Notes under the pieces: model-generated
Told to the model about the DNA's origin: nothing
The model's input: only the letters and a program-made list of their open reading frames with translations
Databases searched by the model: none
In this document: positions 12,381 to 25,647 of the stretch, one piece after another
Layout: each line of letters begins with the position of its first letter
Position numbering within the stretch: the first letter of the stretch is position 1
Position numbers and translations under genes: made by a program
Source: Carcharhinus amblyrhynchos
Lineage: Eukaryota
Assembly (NCBI GenBank): GCA_965287045.1
Contig: OZ336872.1
Location: forward strand, 46,066,001-46,130,000
Length of the DNA stretch: 64,000 nucleotides
Direction of reading: 5' to 3'

Positions 12381-13345
12381 AAGTTAGGGATTACTGGTTG
12401 TTCCTTCTCTAATTGACTGGGTTTTTTTGTTAAATTGCCTGTCAAATTATACGTTGCAACGTAGCATAATGCTTGCGATAATTTGAACACTAAATGTGAC
12501 TCAGTAAGGAGCACAGTTCCTTAAAATGTGAAAATTGTTTTGATGTTGAAATTCACCTATGACTTTCCAAAGGTTAATTGAGACAATCATTTTACATGGA
12601 ACCACTTTTGCATACTGTTCTGAAGTTTAGAAGTGCAATGATATTACAATAATCAATTTTATCATGACCTTCAAACTGCACAGAAATTTAAATTTGGTGA
12701 TTGCCACAGTTCTGGAGATCAATTCCTCATTGATTATTATTGCCAATGTAAGCATCCAACATTTCTATCTTTAAAACTAGTTGTGATTCGGGGTTAATCT
12801 CAAAGCGTTTATTTCAGGGCATGGATGACAATGCTCCTTAACGCTACTGGCCACTGAGAGTCTCAACTGAGTCGTTGATTTTTTTTCTTTACCTGCTTGA
12901 TCATCTTTTAAACCAGTTTTATGTAACATTTGTAGGGGAATGAAAAAGAGTTGCCAACACTTCTCAACATTTGTTGCACACAACACTAGCACAAGCTCAA
13001 TAATATATCTGCAGTATGATATACTTGCATACACATATACACAGGGACTTATTTCTCCTACAAGTCACTATCGAATCAACTTAGTTGTTTTACTGATGAA
13101 TGTGACACAAATTGGATAAATACCTTCTTTATTAAGTAAAGAAATAGTATGAAACTAAGAAAGTCAATCTCAGAATGTCCCAGGCTCAATACCCAGTCTG
13201 AGTTGAGCTGCCTAATCTCAATCATGCAAGCAAGAGAGTTGCTATAACTGATCTTTATCTCTGGAGTAATGTAGTGAAAAATGGACAGAGCCTCCATTTC
13301 CAACGATTATATTTTCTCGTAGAAGTCACAGAACAGTGGTTCTTA

Positions 13346-13947
13346 ATTGCGAAAGAGTATATGACCTCTTTTTCCAAATTGAAGCACCCCGCCTTTCCGT
13401 ATTTACTATACCAAACCACACACCCCCTCCCCTCCCAACTACCACCACTAGAAATTTGGCACTGTCTGCAAATTTTGAAATTGTATTCCAGATTCCTGAG
13501 TCCAAGTCATTGGTGTAAATAGTGAATAGTGGTCACAGCATGATTTTTGTGGAATATTTTGCCAATTTGAGTAATTGATAACACAACATTCCCATCTTTG
13601 CCTGTTAATTGTGCTACTCCGTATAGAATGTTTGTTCTGAGACTTCTACTAGAAAATATAAACATTCTATACAGAGTAGCACAATTAACAGGCAAAGATG
13701 GGAATGCTGTGTTATCAATTACTCAAATTGGCAAAATATTCCACAAAAATCATGCTGTGACCACTATTCACTATTTACACCAATGACTTGGACTCAGGAA
13801 TCTGGAATACAATTTCAAAATTTGCAGACAGTGCCAAATTTCTGGTTGTGGTAGTTGGGAGGGGAGGGGGTGTGTGGTTTGGTATAGTAAATACGGAAAG
13901 GCGGGGTGCTTCAATTTGGAAAAAGAGGTCATATACTCTTTCGCAAT
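13346..13947. repeat. 602-bp palindrome: 288-bp inverted arms (13346-13633 / 13660-13947), 26-bp spacer
   Basis: Arms are reverse complements with about 4 mismatches counted by eye; mirrored ORFs in the track (13274+/13771- and 13598+/13507-). Confidence 0.97.
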
Positions 13948-14130
13948 GAAGTGCCTAAGTGGGGTAAAGGTGAAAAGGGATCTGAGGGAATACGCCGATG
14001 ACAAAGCAGCAAAATAAGGTAATAGGCCAATTTTTAAAAAATTATGATAGCTCATTTCTGAAGTGATAGGAAATGATCTTACCAAAAAAATTCTAAGTGC
14101 TGAACAAGCATGTAAACAGATGTCACGTAG
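13755..14130 (+). mobile_element. Old CR1 RT fragment, partly inside the palindrome's right arm
   Basis: PLFTIYTNDLDSGIWNTISKFADSAKF (YINDL...KFADD), continuing past the arm as KCLSGVKVKRDL. Confidence 0.75.
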
Positions 14131-14319
14131 ATTGGGACAAGCAAACCAGCACATAAAAAAAGGTAGTGATTTTCTTTTACTATGCATGGGATAGCTGTCT
14201 GTACAGTACGTCCAGAACTAACAAAAGCTCATTCAATGTTAGGTCTAGGAATGAACAAATGAGCCAGATGTATCTAATAGAGTTCATAATATGATCTAAT
14301 TCAATATAACTCATAGACT

Positions 14320-15045
14320 TAGATGTTTACAGCACAGAAGGATACCATTAAATGCACCATCAACAAAGATCTGACCATACTAATCTCATTTTCCATATTG
14401 CAGCATGACCTCCCTGCTCTTATATTCTATGCCCTGGCTAATATAGGCAAGTATCCTATATGCTTTCTTAACCACCTTATCTGTCTGCCGTGCCACCTTC
14501 TGGGATCTGTGGATATGCACTCCAAGGTCCTTTGATCTTCAGCACTTTCCAGGACCCTATCATTCAGTGTAATCCTTTGCCTTGTTAACCATCCCCATGT
14601 ACATTACCTCACACTTTGAGGTCAAATGCCATTTGCCACTTCTCTGTCCATCTGACCGAGCCATTGAAATCCTCCTGCAGTCTGTGGCTATCCTCCTCAC
14701 CATATACCACTTTTTGTGCCATCCACGAAAGAATCATACTCCTACATTTAAGTCCAAACCATTAACGTACACCATAAATAGCAAGGATCTTAACACCAAG
14801 CCTGCAGGATCCCACTGCAAACAGACCTTCGGTCACAGAAAGAAGCCTTTACCATCACTTTCTGCTTCCTGCCACTCAGCTAATTTTGGATCCAATATGC
14901 CGCTCTGCCTTGGATCCTATGGGCCCTTATTTTCTTTGACCAGTCCATCATGAAAGATTTTTTGAAAAGCCTTGCTAAGGTTTAAATATAATACATCAAA
15001 TGCATTACCCTTATCAACTGGTTGCTTCCTCAAAAATCAATTAAC
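14320..15045 (-). mobile_element. Degraded CR1 LINE fragment
   Basis: Typical reverse CR1 RT phrases (taaccaccttatc..., aagccttgctaagg...tacatcaaatgcattaccc). Confidence 0.7.
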
Positions 15046-15077
15046 GTTTGAAGGGGCGAAATGCAAAACAGTTACTA

Positions 15078-15200
15078 AAGGCAGAATCTTATCACCCTGT
15101 TGCAGTGGGGTTGGGGCTGAAAACACATGTCGTTCAAAAGTCCATTGACTTCAGCAGATGGAAAATCTTGTTGATGGGAGGGGCTGTAAAATTCCACTCT
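15078..15200. mobile_element. Short Harbinger-type MITE
   Basis: ggcagaatcttatc ... gtaaaattccact ends; central aagtccattgactt hairpin. Confidence 0.5.
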
Positions 15201-18200
15201 ATGGTTGAAGATTTAGGGGAGGCTGAATTCAATGTAATGAGGCAAAGATATTCTAGAGTAAACTGGATGAGTCAGTTAATGTGTAAAATTACAAAAGATG
15301 AGTAGAAGTTGTTCAAAAAAGAAATAAGTCAGATCAAACGTCAGGTCAAGCACACCAATGTTTTGTCTTGTCATTTGGATCTTGTATGTCTCTCCTGTGG
15401 GCACCATGAATTGGATTCAATTTGAATTGGTTTTTGGAACAAGCATGGAGATGGAGTAAGGGTTTGCACTGTCCACTCTGCGTATTGGCTTTGTAACTTT
15501 AAAATGGGGGAAAAATCTTTTAAAAATAAAGAAAACATTGAACAAGTTTATACCCCTAAAGGGCAAGAGCTCCACCTGCCAAAACAAAAACTTAGTAAAC
15601 AAAAAGATAAGAAACAACAGAAGAAAAACACTGAAAAAAAACATACAAATAAAGGGAAAAAATGCAACAAATGCTGTCAAATCAGTGCAAAGAACAACAA
15701 AGGGTTAATTAATGTAAAAAAGTTACAAGCATATTTGGAAAAAGAGGTGATCAGAAGAAAACTGGGCCCTTGACAATTGACAACAGTGATATTGTCAATG
15801 GAAGTAATCAAATGGTGAATATGTTGAGTAATTACTTTGCATCTTGGGTGAGATTTTCCTGAAAATCAGCAAAGGCCAGCAGTGGACAGGAAAAGCGGCG
15901 TTGAAGCAGTCGGCGGCAATGGCAACTTTCTCCATCATATCGGGCAGCATTCTGAACAACAAATGTCAAAGAGTACGATACCATGATGTATAGCTGATAG
16001 GGTTGCTTCCGATTCGACTGCCCTTCCAGTAATTTAGAAGCGCCAGGATCGGGGTGCCATTTTTTTTAAGGATACCACTGTGTCCACATTCCAGTTGAAA
16101 TTCCATTATTTTTCTGACCACTAATATTAAGTTGGCTGGTCAATAGTTCCTTGGACATGTCTATTTCTCTTTTTAAATACAGGGAAAACATTAAATATCC
16201 ACTCATCTTCAGCTCAGCATCTAATACTAATGAAGTATAACAAATCTGTATAATGCCTCTGTTCTCACTTTAGATTATTTTAAAATGTGTGAAAGTAATC
16301 TGTCTGGGCCAGAGGTTGGTTCTCTTTAAGTTTGATTAGTTTAATTAACATTCTACGCTTATTATTTTAAATGCTGTCGTTTCAGTTCTAATCTCATCTC
16401 TTGATGCCGTGTTTGCTAGTCCTTTTTGCCTGAAAAATGCTAAGGCTTAATATTTCTATCATTTCTCAATTGCTGCCTGTGATAATATCTTGTCCATTAC
16501 TAACTGATTATATTTCCATTGCAAAGTTTGTTTCTTTCTGTGATTGAAAATCTTGAAAATTGTCAGTGATCAGAGAAACCCAGCATAGAATTGTAAAAGA
16601 TAAATCATGGTTGATGGGCCAAGATAATTTTCTGAAGAGGTGCCTAAAGTTGTGAATATTGATGTTATTTACATGAACTTCTTGGAGGTATTTAATAAAG
16701 GCCCTTACAAGAGACAACTAGCTGGAAGTTTAAGCCCAGGAAATTGAAGGGAAATGATTGACCTGATTAGGAAAGGGGTTGGGCATCAGGAGCCAGAGTG
16801 TAGAGATGATGTCAGGTACTCCAATTGACAAGACTTGTTCGGGCATTAAATGTTCACTATGTTTGTTAGTGATTTAGATGGTGGGATAGAATCTATTTAA
16901 AATTAGAACTTCCATTTAAAGCCACGTACTAAATAGATTGTTGACACAAAGATTAAAGCAACCCTGCGGATAGTTCCATTTGGGAACTAAAAGGAATGAA
17001 GAAGGAGCGACATTTTCGGACCCTTTCCACTGGTGGAACCTTCCAGTCCCACCAAAGGTGACTCTCCACAATGAGTTGCCCGGTGGCAGGATGAGAAAGC
17101 CATATAAAGCACTGTAGGTATCAGTGGAACTAAAACATCCTGCCTGTGGCTAATGGCGAGCCACCATTGCTGCTGGAAGACATGCTGCAGGAGGGCTGGA
17201 AAATACCACCCAAAGTATTTTCGAAATGGTGAAAAGCCAGAAATGCAAATGAATTTAATAATAATCAAATTGTAAATGCAATGTTGATATTTATACTTAG
17301 GGGTATAGAATGGAGGAGGAAGAAGTCGGGCTTTAATTGTACAAAGTCCTGGTACTGTTTCACACTTACGTTGGCCTTGGAGGAAATGTCAAACAAATTT
17401 TCCAAATTATGAAGTAAAATTACACTAATTTCGGGGAATATTTTCTAGAATTTAAAAGGTTAAGGGATGATTTGAACAAAATTTTCAAGAAATTAATGGT
17501 GCCATTGGTTGGCATTTTTAACTTGAGGGAGATATAGTGTGAAAAATTAGAGCCGAGTCATTTGGAAGGGAAATTAGGAAATAGTTTTACATGCATAGGT
17601 CAGTAAAAGTTTGGAACTCTCTGACATCAATGTCAATAGCTATAAAATCAATTGTAAATTATTAAACTAATATTGATAGATATTAAATATTTGTTATCCA
17701 AAATTATAGGACAATGGTGGGTTGATTGAATTGGATTAACCATGATCTTGTTGAATTGCAGAACAGGCTTGAAGAGCTAAATGGCCTAATCCTGTTCCTA
17801 TGTTTCTCTAATACTAGAATTGATGGGTTATACCATCAAGAAACGTTAGACAGGCCGAGGCACTTTTCTCTAGAAAATATAAGAGTGAGGCGTAACTTAA
17901 TAGCTGTGTTTAATATAACAAAAAGGATTGGAAAGGGTAAACATAAAGAAGTTTACATCGGAAGTCAGATAAAAGACGGTCATCTATAAATTCAACAGGG
18001 AATTCAGGAGAACCTTCTCAATGTAGGGAATGTTCAAGATGTAGAATTCGCCACCACAAGGTGTAGTTGGGGCAATTAGCATGGAATCATTTAAGAGGAA
18101 GCTGGAAAAACATACAAAGCTGAAAGAACTAAATTGATTAGATGAAAAGTGGTAGGAAATGCTCATGTGGAGCGTAAACACTAGCATGGACCCATTTGGC

Positions 18201-18230
18201 TGAAAGGCCTGTTTCTTTGTTGTCGATACT
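15200..18230. mobile_element. Mosaic of old CR1 fragments (both strands) with MITE pieces at ~15846-16080 and 17003-17211
   Basis: CR1 phrases (DVIYMNF..F.K.P, RLRDDL, sense-oriented 3'UTR tails at ~17790 and ~18210); MITE TIR gggtgagattttcc; heavily degraded. Confidence 0.6.
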
Positions 18231-18439
18231 TCTTGAGCTTTAGATGTATAAATATCTCTGAATTGTCATGAGGGTGATCAGCTCATTGAAATACAAAAAA
18301 AAAGTTGACATTGGTAGAATCATACCCTGGCATCAGTCAATGCCATCAAAATGGGGGAAGTATGAGGGAAAGCAAAACACCTGCACTTATTAGATCTCCT
18401 TTCCACTAGCTCTCAATTCTAAACTCCAATCTCATCTAC

Positions 18440-18770
18440 AAATTCAAGATTATACAAAGTCCTGCTTAGCCACATCTAGAGTGCTTTGAGCAGTTCTGTG
18501 CACAACACCTTAGGAAGGATATTTTGGCCTTCAAGGCAATGCGAAACAAATTTACCAAATTAAGAGGTCAAATTACACAAACCTGGGGGTTTATTTTCTA
18601 GAATTTAGGTTAAGGAATGATCTGAATCAAGTATGCAAGATTAAGGGTAGAGAGAAATTATTTCCACTGGTTGGGTTGTCCAACATGAGGGGGGTATAGC
18701 CTATAAATTATAGCCAGGTCATTCAGAAGGGAAATTAGGAAAAACTTTTTCATCTATAAAATTAAGACAG
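18440..18770 (+). mobile_element. Old CR1 3' fragment
   Basis: LYKVLLSH.LECFEQFCAQHLRKDILA-like translation. Confidence 0.6.
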
Positions 18771-20144
18771 GGGGAGTCAGAATGGCAATGGTGCAGAAGA
18801 TGGAGTTTGGGGGATGGGACTTGAAGCGGCAGGGGAGACCTGATGGGGGTGGCCAAGGGGGAGGGGTTGGATGAGGGCAAGGAGGCTTTATCAGTTCAAG
18901 GCAGGGATGTACTTGGTTGAATGAGTGTGGGGGGTACCGCAGGCAACTCAGCTGTTTAAAGTAGTTATTCTGGAGTTAGAAGTGTTTTTCTCTTCTCTTC
19001 TAATTCTTTCCAAGTAACTATCTCAAGGTAACAATTTAATTGCTTTGTCAGATGATTCCCAGCACAATTGTTCAGGGGAAGTTAGGCCTTCTGAACAATT
19101 TCTTGTCAACCTTTAAGTGGGGACATTCTAAAAGGATTCCTCAGCACATCATTGGGATCTCCCATATGCAATGCTGGGGAACCAGTGAGTTCTGGATCAC
19201 TGCTATCTCAGTGTTCATCTCTCCCACATCTCTGTTTGAATGCAGGCACCTCATGAAACCAGAATTATCGTATCCAAATTTGTGAATTAAATGTTTTGTG
19301 ATTGCACTGGTACTTCTTAGATACAGTTAGCCATTTCATCCTGCTCTTCTGACTTTCTTCCATTGTCCAGCACACTACTGCACTTGCTGAGTTCTGCTCT
19401 TACCTGTTTGACTAAAAGCCAGTACATCTCCAGCAATGATTTCTCCTGCCATCATATTATTACTTGTTGATTCCCCCAAGAATCCATTGTCTTTCCTCTT
19501 CCCACATTTAGCATTCCATTTTGATGACAACATTTGTAAACTCTGGACCAGCCTGCCGATGTGATGACACCTTACTATGTCTTTATCACACCTCTCAAAC
19601 CTATGACCACTTGTGGATCAGTCTGTCTGTTTGTTGAGAATCAGTTCCTAGTACTATTCACAACTCCCTTCAGCTGAATTTTGGGATTTCTGAAGCTGTT
19701 GTTGTCATTGATTGAATTTCCTATTGTAGGCACTCAATTAGTCTGAAGAAAAATATACTCAACTCTGGCATCTTGTTACAATTCTGAACTACACTTCATA
19801 CCTAATTTACTCCTTACCTTTTTCATTTCCAGATAAGCTTAATTGATCCTCTGCAATATTGCCTATCTCCACTCCAAGTCAGCTCCATTCATGCCCAAAC
19901 CTTTATTTCCATTCAATCACTTCAATGCTAACCTTTTATTGTGCACCTTTTACAAACTATATTATTTCCAAAATGCAGAACTCTCTTCATTCATTCGAGC
20001 ATTTGTTCTCCTTCCATTGCATCTTTATATTCACATTTCTCAATGTCTTGCACCTCTATAATCTCATATGCCACTTTGCCCTCTGCTTATGTCTTATGAT
20101 TCTACCCACTGAAATAGATAGCAAGGGAATTAATTTAAACAGTG

Positions 20145-20580
20145 AGATAAAAACAAAATACACTGGATGTTGGAATCTGAAACAAACACAGAAAGTGCTG
20201 GACAATCTCAGCAGGTTTGACAGCATCAGAGGACAGAGAGTAGAGCCAATGTTTCAAATCAGCATGACCCTTCGTCAAACCTGAAAACAAGAAAAATCGG
20301 ACAAGATTCATACTGTGAGGAAGGGGGGAATGTAATTGATAGGAATAATACAGACAAAATGACAAGGGGATGTAAATGGTGATGATAAAGGTTGAGAATG
20401 ATGCTAAAAGCGTCCATTAAGATATTGGAATGTATAAATGGCAGAACAAAGGTGCAGAGTATAGGCGTGTGGCAGTTGGCCCTTGTCGAGTGGAAGGGGG
20501 TTAGGGCGGGAGGATGGGGAACAAGATAAAAAGTAGATTGTGCAAGTGGAAAAATAAAAATAAAAAATTTAATTTAAACA
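20145..20580 (-). mobile_element. Penelope-like element 3' end with degenerate hammerhead motif
   Basis: aaaacaaaatacactggatgttggaatctgaaac..tctcagcaggtttgacagcatc end; reverse complement of 20244-20280 gives ttgacga-agggtca..tgattt-gaaa. Confidence 0.6.
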
Positions 20581-21809
20581 ACACAGATTTATTCTCTCAC
20601 TACCTGACCATGAACAGAAAGTTTTTAATTTCCCCCTTTATACGTGATAAAAATCAGTGTAGGGTGATCTAATCTCTATTAACAATCCTACAACAAATTT
20701 CTAAAATTTCCATTTAGAAAGTTAGATTCCCTCTTGAATAATGTAAAAGGCAGAGCATTTTTTATGATACAAAGACTATTTCCTTTGGCATGCTCAAGCC
20801 CATAATATGATTAATCCCAATTGATTTGTGAAGTAATGTTTTAAAAAATGCAGTTGAAGGAAAATGAACTATCTTAGATGTCAACATTTTTGGATAAAGG
20901 GATGTGTTTTTTATCAATTTCTAACCTCCAAACTTGAAATATGTTGGTAATTAAAACCATCTGTTTCTAAATCACAGTATGATGCACCACTGGAGACCAA
21001 AGGCATGGTCCTCTGCATTCAGGGAAATGCTTAGCACAATGGGATGGGTAGTCTTGATAACCCTGCCTGTTCCTTCTGGAGAGGGAATTTAGAACACTTA
21101 TTTTGGTTACCTAATTTATTATCTTCCACCTGGTCTTGGAAATGTGCCAAGTCTTATTGTGGGTTCAGTTCTGGTGCAATTAATATTGGACCGTAACTTC
21201 CTTGGAGTGATGATCAGCAGTGGATTGTCACTCTGTACTTACTTACCTATGCTGGAGTGCCTGCCTCACCAACCTTTCTGAGTCAGGCTGCGTGAGATCC
21301 AGGCAGCAAAACAGGCCCCCAGCTCCAACGGCAAATTATTCAACTGCTTATCCAGAAAATATGGATTGGTTCAAAATTCAATTGAGGTTTGAGGAATAAA
21401 AGTAAAATATGGATGAAATTTTCCATCCATTTCATTTGCACATAAACAGTTTGCACTCCATTCAAGTCTTCGGCTTTTTCAGTTGATAGATGAACAAAGG
21501 AATGATAATTGTGTGAGCATGTGATAATTAGTCCATATGGAGTTTATTTAGTGTTCCAAAGATGATACAGTAATAAACAATAGTTAGTTACAATAAAATC
21601 AGTCACTTACCATTATTTACTCAAAGGGCAATTTATTTTGCCTGATATATAGCGAGGCTACATTATATTTTCTGGAAATTCAACTCTGAGGATTTGGGTG
21701 GCTCAAAACTTGGAGAAATCTAGTGACATACACTGAATCTTTCACTTTTGTAAATAAAACGTCTTTAATTACAGAAGTGTATGGCAGTGCAGTGCATACA
21801 TTACAGTAC

Positions 21810-23200
21810 TATGAACATAGTTGACTCCAAATGTGTTTTTCTAAGAAACTATCTTGAATGCATTCTATGAATTCTTCAAAAGATACTGCTACCAATTTGA
21901 ATTTTTGATGAAATTTACCCATGATTATTATTGTCCCTTTATCATAAGCATCCAATATTTCTTCTTGTATACTTTTCTCTACATTGTAGTTACTGTAAGG
22001 GGGCCTGTAGACTACTCCCACGAGTGACTTCTTTCTCCTACTTTCGTGTTCTATCAGTTTGTCAACTTTGTTACAAATGCTACACACATTTAGATACAAA
22101 GCGTTCTGTTTAATCTATTTTTCTACCTTTGTAACATCTAGTCTTAATTCTTTGTGCATTCTTAGGTATTTTTCTTGTATCCTTTTTTTCATTTTCTAAC
22201 CCTCATTTCCCATATTACTATTTTGCTATCTTTCCTCATCTAATCCTTTGCTCCTGCTATTTACTTTAAAGCCCTCTCTACCCGAGTAATGTGGTTCACA
22301 AGAACACCGGTCCCAGACATGGTTCCGATGTAGTCTGTCTCAATGGTACAGCCCCCATTTTCCCCAGTACTGGTGCCAGTGCCCCACAAACCAGAATCCA
22401 TGTGTCCCACACCAGTCCTTGAGTCATGTCCTAACATCTCTAATTTTATGTATCCTATGTCAATTTGCTTGTGGCTCAGGTTATAATCCAGAAATTATTA
22501 ACTCTGAGGTTCTCTTTTTTTTAAATTTGGTGCCTAGCTCAGAATATTCTCCATGCTGAACCTCCTTCCACCTATCTCATTGATACCTAATTGGACCCCA
22601 ATCACAGGATCCTCCGCTGACTACTACAAGTTCCTCTCCAGCCACGAGCATATGTCCTGAACTCTGGCACTAGGCAGGAAACACAGATGTCAACATACAG
22701 AACAGTGCCAATCCACTCATTATACTCTCACTTGTTACTGTTCCATTTGTTTTTGCTTACCCCCACCTGAACGGCATCATGCACCATAGTGCCATGGTCA
22801 GTTTGCTCATCCACCCTGCACCACCACTCTCATCCAAACAAGTAGAGAGAACCTGAAACCAATTGGATAATTGCAGAGCCTGATACTCCTGCACTCTGCA
22901 TCCCATTACCTGCTTCACTCGCAGTGCCAGTCTCCTGTCCTTGTCCATTGACCACTGACCAAATCAGATGATTCTATTGTAAAAAATGTATCTACCTCTT
23001 GGTCCAAAGCAGTAAGGTAATTTTCTGCCTCCCTAATATGTCGCAGAGTCTGCAGCTCAGTCTCCAGCTCAATGACTCTCATGTTATTCTCCTCTAAATG
23101 CAAAAATTTACTGCAGACATGTTTGTTCCAGATCACAATGTTATCCAGGAGCTCCCACATGCTGCACCTTTACTTGTACTGCCGTCTTTAATGTGTTTCA
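21810..23200 (-). mobile_element. CR1 LINE 5' region (ORF1 plus start of ORF2 AP-endonuclease)
   Basis: ORF1 MWELL..HVCSKFLHL..RVIELETELQTLRHIREAENYL and LQLSNWFQVL; APE motifs YLNVCSICNKVDKL and LVGVVYRPP..IIIMG.F. Confidence 0.85.
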
Positions 23201-23319
23201 GACAATTATTTATTCATGGTGCTTTTCATATGAGTTGTACAGTTTTAAACCTTAGGGATAGAGTAGAACTTACCAGATTTTCACCAAAAAAAAGCTCCTT
23301 TGTTTGTAGACTATGTACC

Positions 23320-23470
23320 AATTCTAAAGGTTAGGTGGATTAGCCATGGTAAATGTATGGGGTTATGGAACAGGTTGGGGGAGAGGGACAGGGTAAGATA
23401 CTCTGTTGAAGAGTTGGTGCGGACTCAATGGGCTGCATGGCTTCTTATGCACTGTAGGGATTCTATCACT
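23320..23470 (+). mobile_element. HE1-type SINE 3' half
   Basis: ggttaggtggattagccatgg ... gcactgtagggattctat, shared with full copies in the window. Confidence 0.7.
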
Positions 23471-25647
23471 TTTCTAAGGGTGAGAGGGATAGAAAGATTG
23501 CGCGAAATAAATAGCTTCTTCCCCTCCTTAACCAAATTCCAAGCATTCATTCAGATGTTTTGCTGCACTAGTAAACCAGAAGTTTGAACTAATAATCCAG
23601 AGACAATAACTTTGAAACTTTCAATGACAGTTTGAGAAATTGAATTTACATTTTTATAAAATCAATGGGTTCAGAAGCCATCTCCCGTCACTCATCAAAT
23701 GCCAGCATCAATGAGATGGGAATTGAGTAGGCGTTACTTATAGACCTCAACTGACCCATTGGCAGACAGGCTGCCCAATCCCATCCCACCACTGATACAA
23801 TTGCAGTAGGAGCATGGGTAGGCAGATCAGCTGCCTGTTGGATTTAACATGCCCCTTGCCTTCAAACTCATACACAGAAGAGTATTAAATTCAGCTCTTT
23901 GTTTCAGTTTCTGCAGATGACTTTTCAACCAACTAAATCGAATGTTTACTTTATACTGCACATCTCAGTGAAGATTCTACTGACTGATTGATTGAATAGA
24001 CATGCCATGCTTGCACTGCTCAGAGACATCTACCAGTCCCTTGTATAAGATATTATACTGGAAATTAAGTGCAACAGATTTCTGGCTAAACAAAAAACTA
24101 TCAATAGTCAGCTGTCAGTGTGATGAGTGGGGAATGCCAAAAGCCTTGCCAATATCAACCGTTGATCTCTATCACTGGTGCAACATAGTTGCAGTATGCA
24201 TGATCCACAGGAAGCTTTGCAGCATCTCAGTTATTTGCATAGGAACTGTAACCAAAGACTGCTAGGTACCTCTCCACAATGGTGTAGACATTAATGAGTA
24301 TTATTTCATTATTGTCAACAGCCTCAATTCGAAGCACTATTACTCCATGAGTCACTATCTTGAATGATCCATTGCTATCTTGTTAGGTCAACTGAGAACA
24401 ATAAATTTAGCCTTGCCGGCACTATCCAAACCCCAAATCAAATGGGCTTAAAAAAAATCCTGTTTAAAAAAAACAAGGAGGAAATTGTTTTAGTTCTGTG
24501 TTGAAACAAGTCTCAAATGAGAATGATACTGCCAGTTAAACCATCATGATTTCACCTCACCTAAGAATTTGGCAGTCTGAATGCCCTCTGAAACAAAATT
24601 GAAGAGCTTATTTTCTCCCATTGGAGTAAAATCTTTGCAATTGGAATAAGTTAGACTTAAGAGATCAATTTAGTTCAGTCTGGAGAAAGCATTGCATGTA
24701 GAGCTCATCATTCCTGCAGTTTGGCTCACTAGGTGACATTGAGAAATGATTCCCAATATAAAAGTTCAGTTGGATACCTCATTATTATAGATCTACTCAC
24801 TCGATTGCTCATAAAACCAATATATTGTTTTGGCTGGATAGCATATTCGTTGTGTGCTTTCTTGAGTAGTAGAAGGGTTTCTCTATGCTGGACCCCGCTG
24901 CAACTTTTACTCAATACAAAGCTTGATGAGAATTCAAATTGATTTATACAAACTGAGGGGAAGACTCCTGTCAAGAAACAGATGGTGCTTTCTTCTACCT
25001 GTGAGGTCTTTCATTGTCCTCTTCAAAAAAAAGTTTTGTTAACACAAAGCTGAACATTTGAATAAATTACTTGTTTTGTGTTTGAACGTTGCATAGTTTC
25101 TCAGTGTGTGCCTCAGTGAAAGGTCTTTATTGAACAGATGTAAAGATGGCAGCTTAAAGAGATTCCCTTATGGTGGAGGTCACATGATGATAGAAAGCCA
25201 GATGGAACATGTACTACTATTGGATTTCAAAGGCCAAAGATTGCTAACACAGGCTTGTGACAGTTTATTGTCCAACATTCAGACTTTGATGGAAAAAAAA
25301 ATCGAGGACAATTATGTTTTTAAAGATTAAAGAAATAAAGTACCTTTGTTTCAGTAAGAATTATATTATCAGTGAAGGGAGCGTAATTCCATTCGAAGAA
25401 AAAAGCACATTAGCTGATTGAATAATATTGGGATGTTTGTAGATATGTTGGAATAATCAATTGCCTTTGGTAGTTAGCACACACCAATTAGTGCAGTCAC
25501 ACAGGCCTGAATTCCTTGTGTGTGATATTGGTAAATAAACTGCTTGAATTTCAAACACTCAAAATCACCTCGTATTCAGCTTTTTACATAGTTCCACAGT
25601 TCAAAAAATAATAAAAAAGGGAGGTTAGCATCAAATCACTATTTGTT

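Noticed and set aside
12860-12960. Minus-strand donor-like CAG|gtaaag near 12890
   Set aside because: No convincing upstream acceptor and no recognisable peptide.
13346-13947. Palindrome as a viral hairpin telomere or ITR
   Set aside because: The arms contain a host CR1 RT fragment that continues beyond the right arm; no adjacent rep, polB or capsid gene recognised.
15417-15773. Lys-rich and Phe-rich ORFs
   Set aside because: Products of an A-rich low-complexity tract.
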